A stretch of DNA of 64,000 nt, taken from assembly GCA_963749495.1 (NCBI GenBank), contig CAVVMW010000006.1, positions 416,001 to 480,000 of the forward strand, given 5' to 3'. Positions 1-7,157 of this stretch are shown one piece after another. Every line of letters starts with the position of its first letter. Within the stretch, counting starts at the first letter, position 1. The stretch is from an uncultured bacterium. Lineage in GTDB: Bacteria; Verrucomicrobiota; Verrucomicrobiia; Limisphaerales; UBA8199. Position numbers and translations under genes: made by a program. The notes beneath the pieces were generated by a model that saw nothing but the letters and a program-made list of their open reading frames with translations, was not told the origin of the DNA and did not search any database.

Positions 1-598
1 TGCCATTGCGCTCGACCCGGACGGGGATGGTCTCCCCGGTGCTCCGGACCACGCGCCACATCACCGTGTCGCCCATGCCCATGAACTTCGTCACCGGCTT
101 GCCATCCACCTCCAGGATTCGGTCTCCAGGCCGCAGCCCCGCCTTGTCAGCCAGCCCGTCCTTTTCCACCCACCCGATGGTCGTTGTGGTCTCCGCCTCG
201 CCCACCGGGCGGCCCACCACCATCACCACCGCCGCGAAGGCCAGGGCCAGCAGAAAGCTGAAGAGCGGGCCTGCAAAGGCCACGATCACCTTGTCCAGCG
301 GCGAAATCGTCGGCAGTCCGGAGATGTCCCCCGAACTGTCCCCCTTGCCTTCGATGACCTCCATCGTGGCCATTTGCGGCAAGGAAACGTAGCCCCCGGC
401 CGGGATCGTTCCCAGGGCATATTCCACCCCGCCGACCTTCTTCTTCCAGACCGGCTTTCCAAACCAGATCGCGAAGCGGTCTATCTTCAGGCCCCGCCAG
501 CGCGCGGCCAGGAAGTGCCCCAACTCGTGTACGAAGATGAGCAGGTTGAAGAGCAGCAGCACCTCCAGCGAGATCACGATTATCTTCAAAATGGACAT
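1..598 (-). CDS. rseP: RIP metalloprotease RseP (site-2 protease), N-terminal part; runs off the window edge
   Basis: Manual minus-strand translation from ATG at 598 gives MSILKIIVISLEVLLLFNLLIFVHELGHFLAARW...IPAGGYV. It has the HExxH motif and lies downstream of dxr, the canonical synteny. Not in the ORF track. Confidence 0.92.
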   Translation of the reverse strand, partial: MSILKIIVISLEVLLLFNLLIFVHELGHFLAARWRGLKIDRFAIWFGKPVWKKKVGGVEYALGTIPAGGYVSLPQMATMEVIEGKGDSSGDISGLPTISPLDKVIVAFAGPLFSFLLALAFAAVVMVVGRPVGEAETTTTIGWVEKDGLADKAGLRPGDRILEVDGKPVTKFMGMGDTVMWRVVRSTGETIPVRVERNG

Positions 599-676
599 AT
601 TTCACCGGCAACTCGGCCAAAAACGAACGCCCGCAATATAGCAGCCGTTGTGCCAGGGGGAAAGGGGGAAGTGGCC

Positions 677-839
677 AATGACGAATGACGAATGACGAAT
701 GACGAATGACGAAAGAGACTAAGGGACCAAGGGATCAAGAGACTAAAAGACCATGAGACCGTGGTCTTTGGGTCTCTTGGTTCTTTGGTCGTTTAGTCAT
801 TTGGTCCTTTTCGTCATTCGTCATTCGTCATTCGTCATT
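677..839. repeat. Large imperfect palindrome: (AATGACG)x5, degenerate 8-mer arms, then (CGTCATT)x4
   Basis: Read directly. The right arm overlaps the dxr stop codon. Confidence 0.9.
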
Positions 840-1974
840 CATTACGCGCCTGCTTCCTTGCCCACGCATCGGCCTCCAGCAATTGATCCAGAGTGGGGTG
901 GTCCACGACTCGGTGCCGGTCCATCACGCGGCGGACGCACAGGGAGATGTCCGGGAACCCGATGCGCCGGTTGATGAAGGCCTGGACGGCGACCTCGTTG
1001 GCGGCATTGAGCACGGCGGGAAGGGTGCCACCGGCCTCGCCGGCCTTGCGGGCGAGGGTCAAGGCGGGGAACCGCTCCGGGTCGGGTTCGGCGAAAGTCA
1101 GGGTGCCGAGCTGGGCCAGGTTGGTTTGGACACGGTTGCTGGGGGCGCGGGTGGGATAGGTCAGGGCATACTGGATGGGCAGGCACATGTCCGGCGTGGA
1201 AAGCTGCGCCAGCATCGAGCCGTCAACGAACTCGACCAGTGAGTGGACAATGCTCTGGGGGTGCACCACCACCGACACCCGGGCAATCTCGATGTCGAAG
1301 AGCCATCGCGCCTCGATCATCTCGAGGCCCTTGTTGAAGAGCGTCGCCGAGTCAATCGTGATTTTCCTGCCCATGACCCACGAGGGGTGTTTCAAGGCGC
1401 GCTCGACGGTGATGCGGGGGAATTCCTCGGCCGGTGTGGAGCGGAACGGGCCGCCGGAGGCGGTCAGCCAGAGCCGCCGGATCGAGCCGGGCGGTTTGCC
1501 ATCCAGGCATTGGAAGATGGCCGAGTGCTCGCTGTTGACGGCCAGCACCCGCACGCCGTGTTGGCGCGCCTGGCTCATGACGATCTCCCCCGCCATGACC
1601 AGGATCTCTTTGGAGGCCACGGCCAGGTCCTTGCCGGCGCGTATGGCGGCCAGGGCCGGGCGCAGGCCCGCGGTCCCCACAATGGCGACCAGCACGATGT
1701 CCGCCTCAGGCATCGTGGCCAGCTTGACCAATCCCTCGGCGCCGGAGCAGACCTCGATGCCCTCGCCCAGGGCCGCGCGCAGCCCCGCTTCCTGGGCGGC
1801 GTCGCCAATCGAGACCGCCGCCGGCCGGTGTTTGCGGGCCTGCTCCAGCAGCAGTTTGGCGTTGTTGCCCGCCGCAAGCCCGACCAGGCGGATCTGCTCC
1901 GGGAGGTCCTCCGCCACCTTGATCGTGCTCGTCCCGATCGAGCCGGTGCTGCCAAGTAAGACGACGTTCTTCAT
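835..1974 (-). CDS. dxr: 1-deoxy-D-xylulose 5-phosphate reductoisomerase
   Basis: LGSTGSIG NADPH motif, TASGGPFR, HPSWVMGRKITIDSATLFNKGLE, NAANEVAV. The usual DSEH motif reads NSEH here. Confidence 0.97.
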   Translation of the reverse strand: MKNVVLLGSTGSIGTSTIKVAEDLPEQIRLVGLAAGNNAKLLLEQARKHRPAAVSIGDAAQEAGLRAALGEGIEVCSGAEGLVKLATMPEADIVLVAIVGTAGLRPALAAIRAGKDLAVASKEILVMAGEIVMSQARQHGVRVLAVNSEHSAIFQCLDGKPPGSIRRLWLTASGGPFRSTPAEEFPRITVERALKHPSWVMGRKITIDSATLFNKGLEMIEARWLFDIEIARVSVVVHPQSIVHSLVEFVDGSMLAQLSTPDMCLPIQYALTYPTRAPSNRVQTNLAQLGTLTFAEPDPERFPALTLARKAGEAGGTLPAVLNAANEVAVQAFINRRIGFPDISLCVRRVMDRHRVVDHPTLDQLLEADAWARKQARNE

Positions 1975-1983
1975 GAGGCTGCG

Positions 1984-2899
1984 TTACCTGGCCGTCAATA
2001 CGTGCCGCAGATACAGATACATTATCGGGGCATTAAACAACAGGCTGTCCAGCAAGTCGAGTATCCCTCCAATCCCGGGGAAGAGGCGCCCGGAGTCCTT
2101 CACCCCGGCCTCGCGTTTGAACAGGGATTCGATCAAGTCGCCCACCACCGCAGTCACGCCCAGGAGCAACCCCAGAACCGCCGCGTGCAGGGTGTTCATG
2201 CCGGGCATCTTCGACCCGAGAAAGTGGACGAAGATCAGGCTGGCCAGGACCGAGCCTGCGATGGCCCCGCCAAGCCCCTCCCACGTCTTGCCTGGGCTGA
2301 TGCGGGGGATCATCCGGTGCCGCCCGATGAGCGAGCCCACCGCATAAGCGCCCGTATCGCTGGACTTGGTCAGGAGCACGAAATAAAGGACGTAATAGCG
2401 GCCATCGAGGCCCGGGAAGAAAAAGAAGTTGATCTTCTGGATGAAGTTGAGCAGCCACGGCACGTACATCAGCCCGAACAACGTCACGGCTATGGCCGCC
2501 AGCCCGGCGGGCTTCGAGCGCGACAGGAGTTGGCGCAGGCACAATCCGAGCACGAACAGGATGAGAAAGCTCGTCTCGAAATCGTTGACCCGCGCCGGGG
2601 AGCCGCTCGTCCCCACCACCCCGGTCAGGTTCAGATACGTGCCCGCCATCAAGAGCAGGCCGCCCAGGATGCCCCAGCGTTCCCAGCAGGCCAGGCCCCG
2701 CCTGGCCGCCAGCCCGTAAAACTCCCCCAGCCCGGTCCCCGCCAGCAACACCATGACCGCCAGGAAGAAGTAATTCGACACCGCCCGGTGGCTCGAAGAA
2801 CAGCCCCGTCAGGACTATCGTCCATAGCACCACCGTGCTGAGCAGGCGCCGGAGAAACACCGCCAGCTTGGAAGGCCCAGGCCTGGTTGCGTCAGACAT
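1984..2899 (-). CDS. cdsA: Phosphatidate cytidylyltransferase, with an apparent frameshift near 2796
   Basis: SDTGAY, ISPGKTWEG, GDLIESLFKREAGVKDSG and GGILDLLDS motifs. The N-terminus MSDATRPG...LRRLLSTVVLW is in another frame, starting at 2899. Confidence 0.92.
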
Positions 2900-3010
2900 T
2901 CCGGCGAAAGGTAACCCCCCACCCAGCGGTGTCGAGCCAATTCCAGCCCGGGGAGCGGCCGACGGGCGCATCCCGACACTGGCCCCGTAGCGCAGACTTC
3001 CAAGTCTGCT

Positions 3011-4368
3011 GAGCCTTTTGCAAAACGAAAGAGGAAGGAGACAAAGTTGATCCAGGGTTGGACGTTGGGAAGGCAGGTGTCTATTCATTGAACTGGCTTG
3101 GCGCCCCGCTTGGAACGAAAACGGCCCGCAAGCCGGCAGGCAGGGGTTCTCAGGCGATACGCCTCCCATCACGCCCCTGGTGGAGCGCGGGCCATTGGCA
3201 TGGAAAGTGGGGATGTCAACACAAGCGAGCCCAGATGCCCAAGGTGGCGACCGCCAAGACTCCGAACATCAAATGGCACATGACCTTGGCGGCTCCTCGC
3301 ACATGCACCGTCCGGGCCCCAAACTCCTCTTTGAGCCGGCCGTTAACTCGCTCGCTGGCAGTGCGCTGCTTATAGCGTTGGCGCTCCGCCGGATCCAGCG
3401 GCACGAAGCCCTCCCGTTCCTTGGGATCAATAATTGGCACGTGTCCCAAGCCCCGACAAAAGTCCTTGATGAAGTGCGCGTCGTAGGCCGAGTCCATCAG
3501 TTCATAGAGCGCCTGAACCCGTTGGGCGCTCTGCTGCGCCAGGGGAATAGCGACCTGACTATCATGCAGGCTGGCACTGGTCAGCACCGCACCGATGGGA
3601 ATATCCCCGTCAATCACGTCCAGGTGCAGTTTGTAGCCTCGCCACCAGGTCTTGTAACCCTTGGCATCGGTCTTACACCCTATATCGCATCCCCGCGGCA
3701 GGTCGGCCAGGTTCTGCTCCAGCGAGCGGGCCATCTGGATCTCCAGCTTCGTACCAGGCGGGCGCACCTCACCTTTCTTGGGCCTGGCCTTGCCAGGGGG
3801 CGGAGCGACCATCTCCGGCTTGGTTGCCTTGCGCTCCGGCACACTAATGGCCGTGCTGTCCCGGCTGATGTGCCCCACCAGCTTGGGCCGACAGTGTATC
3901 TCCACCAACGCCGCGTGGATTTGCTGCGGCAATTCGTCGGCGGCAAACACGCTAAAGGCCCGCGAGAAAGTCGAGCGCTCCGGCAACTGGCCCAAGCTTT
4001 CCCAGCCGCAGAGCCGCCGCAGCGTGGGGCGAGCGTTCAAGGCATCGATCAATGCTTCGGTCGTGGCAAATCCATAAACGGCTTTGGCGATAAAGGCGTG
4101 CAGCACCCAGACCCGCTCATGGGGAGGTTGCCCCTGCCCACATCCCTCGTAACGAAGCAGAAAACGTCCCAAAGGCAGCAGCGAAATTACCTCGACGAAT
4201 TGCTGGTCCTTGGCCCCCAAGGACCCGAGTTCCTCGGTCAAAACCGGGAAAAGTTGGCGTTGGAGGTGTTGCCACAGGTCAGGCAGGTCAGGCATATGCG
4301 TGGTTTGATCCATCTGCCGACCAGATTATTCAAGAATCCTGCAACTTTCCGACTTTTGCAAAAGGCTC
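3011..4368. mobile_element. Insertion sequence (IS5/IS1182-like DDE element)
   Basis: Perfect 15-bp TIR GAGCCTTTTGCAAAA (3011-3025 / 4354-4368), 4-bp TSD TGCT (3007-3010 / 4369-4372), single transposase ORF. Confidence 0.93.
3216..4313 (-). CDS. DDE transposase (IS4/IS5/IS1182 superfamily)
   Basis: DSTAI, GYKLHL, MDSAYDA and RYKQRTASERVNGRLKEEFG motifs; lies between the TIRs. Confidence 0.92.
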   Translation of the reverse strand: MDQTTHMPDLPDLWQHLQRQLFPVLTEELGSLGAKDQQFVEVISLLPLGRFLLRYEGCGQGQPPHERVWVLHAFIAKAVYGFATTEALIDALNARPTLRRLCGWESLGQLPERSTFSRAFSVFAADELPQQIHAALVEIHCRPKLVGHISRDSTAISVPERKATKPEMVAPPPGKARPKKGEVRPPGTKLEIQMARSLEQNLADLPRGCDIGCKTDAKGYKTWWRGYKLHLDVIDGDIPIGAVLTSASLHDSQVAIPLAQQSAQRVQALYELMDSAYDAHFIKDFCRGLGHVPIIDPKEREGFVPLDPAERQRYKQRTASERVNGRLKEEFGARTVHVRGAAKVMCHLMFGVLAVATLGIWARLC

Positions 4369-4558
4369 TGCTGTATCGCGGGTTTCCTAACCCGCAGGCG
4401 CGGCGATTTCCGGCGCCCTGCCGACTGGAAGTCGGCGATACAGCAGGTTTGGAAACCTGCGCTACAAACTGCTGTGCCCCGCCAAATGGGGGCAGTGCCA
4501 GGATGCGCCCTTGCGGAAAGGAGGCCTGGGCTCCATGCTCCTGGGTTTGGCAGCGCAA

Positions 4559-5926
4559 ATGAGCAGCTATCTCAAGGGCCTCGATTATTCCGTGGTGCAG
4601 CAATGCGTACGCTGCGGGTTGTGCCTGCCGGTCTGCCCCACCTACGCCGCCACGAAAATCGAGCGGCACAGCCCTCGCGGACGTATCTCGCTCATGCGCG
4701 CCATTGCCGATGGCCGGCTGGAGCCGGGCCGGACGTTTGCCCAGGAGATGTACTTTTGCCTTGGCTGCCTGGCCTGTGTGAGCGCCTGCCCCGCCGGGGT
4801 GGATTACGCCCAACTGTTCGAACGCGCCCGCGCCGAGGCCGAGACCAGCCGCGCGCTCGCCTCGCCCAGGCGCAATCTCGTTCGCGCCTTTGCCCTCCGC
4901 TGGCTATTCATGGACTTGGCCCGCCTGCGCCTGGCGGGCCGTCTGCTGCGGCTCTACCAACGGCTGGGCCTCCAAGGGCTGCTGCGCCGAAGCGGGGCCT
5001 TGAAACTCCTGCCCAGGCGCTGGTGCGAACTCGAGGCCATGACCCCCGCCATCCAGCCCCGCTTCTCCGCCGGCCTCATCGCCCCGGTGACCCCCGCCCG
5101 CAGTTTGCACCCCAGTCCAGGCCCAGACGGAGGCCATGGGCTATCCCCTCGCCCCTCGCCCCTCGCCCCTCGCCCCTCTCACTACCGCGTTGCCATGCTC
5201 ACCGGCTGCGCGCAGGACCTCCTCTTCAGCGACATCAACCGGGACACGGTCGAGGTCCTGGCCCGCAACCGCTGCGAGGTGGTCACTCCGCCCAAACAGC
5301 TCTGCTGCGGCTCGCTCCACGCCCACAACGGCGAGTGGGAACTGGCCCGGGCCCTGGCCCGAAGGCAACTGGACCAGTTCCCTCCGGAGCAGTTCGACGC
5401 CATTATCAGCAACGCCGGCGGCTGCGGCTCGCACCTCAAGCACTACAGCAAGCTCCTGGCCGACGACCCGGCCTGCCGGGACCGCGCCGCGCTCTGGGAC
5501 AGCAAGGTCAAAGACATCCACCAGTGGCTCGTCGAAGCCGGCTTCGACCCTCCGGCGGCCGACAGCGCCCCGCCCCAAGTGGTGACTTACCACGACTCCT
5601 GCCACCTGGCTCACGGGCAGGGGGTCGTTTCCCAGCCGCGCGCCATCCTGGCCGCCATTCCCAACCTGCGCCTCGTCGAGTTGGCCGAAAGCGCCTGGTG
5701 CTGCGGCAGCGCCGGCATCTACAACCTCATCCAGCCCCAGATGGCCAACCAACTCCTCGAACGCAAACTCAACCACATCCAGTCCACCGGCGCGCACGTG
5801 GTCGCTACGGCCAACCCCGGCTGCCTCCTCCAACTCATCAAAGGCGCCAAACAGCGCGGATTGAACCTGCGCGTCGTCCACCCCGTCACCCTCCTGGCCG
5901 AGGCCTACCGGCGGGGGGTAGGGTGA
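4559..5926 (+). CDS. glcF: Glycolate/lactate oxidase Fe-S subunit (GlcF-like; 2x 4Fe-4S + 2 CCG domains)
   Basis: CVRCGLCLPVCPTY, SPRGRI, CLGCLACVSACPAG, CCGSLHAH, YHDSCHLAH, CCGSAGIYN, ANPGCLLQ. Confidence 0.85.
   Translation: MSSYLKGLDYSVVQQCVRCGLCLPVCPTYAATKIERHSPRGRISLMRAIADGRLEPGRTFAQEMYFCLGCLACVSACPAGVDYAQLFERARAEAETSRALASPRRNLVRAFALRWLFMDLARLRLAGRLLRLYQRLGLQGLLRRSGALKLLPRRWCELEAMTPAIQPRFSAGLIAPVTPARSLHPSPGPDGGHGLSPRPSPLAPRPSHYRVAMLTGCAQDLLFSDINRDTVEVLARNRCEVVTPPKQLCCGSLHAHNGEWELARALARRQLDQFPPEQFDAIISNAGGCGSHLKHYSKLLADDPACRDRAALWDSKVKDIHQWLVEAGFDPPAADSAPPQVVTYHDSCHLAHGQGVVSQPRAILAAIPNLRLVELAESAWCCGSAGIYNLIQPQMANQLLERKLNHIQSTGAHVVATANPGCLLQLIKGAKQRGLNLRVVHPVTLLAEAYRRGVG
5145..5178. repeat. 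Intragenic heptamer array (CCCCTCG)x4-5
   Basis: Read directly; encodes SPRPSPLAPRPS inside the GlcF-like ORF. Confidence 0.85.
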
Positions 5927-5976
5927 AACGTGAAAAGTGAACCGTGAAAAGTGAAACGTGAAAAGTGAACCGTGAA
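5923..5976. repeat. Heptamer array (GTGAA[AC][AC])x7-8 starting at the glcF stop codon
   Basis: Read directly. Confidence 0.9.
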
Positions 5977-6017
5977 GTTTGAAATCCTCAATCGGCCTTT
6001 TTCGGAACTCAGCGCGT

Positions 6018-7157
6018 ATGAAAACATTCTTCCGAACCTCCTGGCTGCTCTTTGGCCTTTGGCTTGCAGCCCTTCGGGCTTTTGCCGCCGATAGCGCCGG
6101 CCCCGCCCCGGCCACCCGCGCGGGCTGGGTCAAGTCCGGCGCCAACCCGGTGCTGGGCGGGGAGCTTGGGACCTGTTTCGATGTTGCGGTGCTCCGGGAG
6201 CAGGACGGCTATCGGATGTGGTTTTCGTGGCGGCCGCGCAAGAGCATCGCCCTGGTGGAGAGCAAGGACGGCATGCACTGGAGCGCGCCGCGCATCGTGC
6301 TCGGACCAAACCCCGGGACCGATTGGGAAGCGGACATCAACCGCCCTGCCGTGGTGAAGGGGCCGGACGGCTATCACCTCTGGTACACCGGCCAGGCGCG
6401 CGGGCATTCCTGGCTCGGCCATGCCACCAGCCCCGATGGCCTGGCCTGGAAACGCGCGGGCGGCCGGCCCGTGCTCGCCCCGGACAAGCCCTGGGAAAAG
6501 CTCGCCGTCATGTGCCCCGATGTGATGTGGGACGAGCGGGAAGGCGTCTATCGAATGTGGTATTCGGGCGGCGAGCAATATGAGCCGGACGCCATCGGCT
6601 ACGCGACCAGCCCCGACGGCAACACCTGGACCCGGCGCGAGGACAATCCCATCTTCAAGGCCGACCCGCGCAACCCCTGGGAGCAGCACAAAGTCACCGC
6701 CTGCCAGGTCGTGCGCCGCGGCGCCTGGCATTACATGTTTTACATCGGGTTCCACGACGTGGACCACGCCCGGATCGGCATTGCCCGCTCGCGCGACGGC
6801 CTGAGCGGCTGGGAGCGACACCCGGCCAACCCCATCATCAGCCCCACACCGGGCGCATGGGATCATGACGCCTGTTACAAACCCTGCGCCATCTGCAACG
6901 GCCGCCGCTGGCTGCTCTGGTATAACGGCCGCCACGGCGGCGTCGAGCAGATCGGCCTCGCCACCCACGACGGCGAAGACCTGGGGTTCTCAACTGGAGC
7001 CCATCCCAAAAACTCCACCAGCGGGGGACCTTCGTCGCAGCCTTTGTCGCAACCTTTGTCGGATGGGCCATTTTTCGACAAAGGTGCCGACAAAGGCTGC
7101 GATAAAGGCCCGGAATCAGCGCTTTTGGGACAGGCTCCACCTGCTGCCTGCCCATGA
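6018..7157 (+). CDS. Secreted five-bladed beta-propeller glycoside hydrolase (GH32/43/117/130-like); C-terminus extended through a MITE
   Basis: Signal peptide; repeated NPVL...YRMWY/S...IGYATSPDG..W blades. Confidence 0.75.
   Translation: MKTFFRTSWLLFGLWLAALRAFAADSAGPAPATRAGWVKSGANPVLGGELGTCFDVAVLREQDGYRMWFSWRPRKSIALVESKDGMHWSAPRIVLGPNPGTDWEADINRPAVVKGPDGYHLWYTGQARGHSWLGHATSPDGLAWKRAGGRPVLAPDKPWEKLAVMCPDVMWDEREGVYRMWYSGGEQYEPDAIGYATSPDGNTWTRREDNPIFKADPRNPWEQHKVTACQVVRRGAWHYMFYIGFHDVDHARIGIARSRDGLSGWERHPANPIISPTPGAWDHDACYKPCAICNGRRWLLWYNGRHGGVEQIGLATHDGEDLGFSTGAHPKNSTSGGPSSQPLSQPLSDGPFFDKGADKGCDKGPESALLGQAPPAACP
6997..7137. mobile_element. MITE-like element with GAGCC..CAAAA termini carrying a (CCTTTGTCG) palindromic repeat
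   Basis: Ends are GAGCCCATCCCAAAA and TTTTGGGACAGGCTC. The internal repeat recurs at 53664-53745. Confidence 0.65.

Larger units (their letters stand above)
2964..4510. repeat. Outer inverted-repeat shell (2964-2986 / 4489-4510) enclosing a GTAG-type REP palindrome (2987-3010 + 4369-4465) that is split by an IS
   Basis: Removing the IS and one TSD rejoins GTAGCGCAGACTTCCAAGTCTGCTGTATCGC...GCGATACAGCAGGTTTGGAAACCTGCGCTAC. The outer arms are GGGCGCATCC.../...GGATGCGCCC. Confidence 0.8.

Noticed and set aside
2790..2800. cdsA pseudogene or programmed frameshift
   Set aside because: Normally essential gene with no slippery site. The window has about eight single-site frame breaks, best explained by sequencing error.
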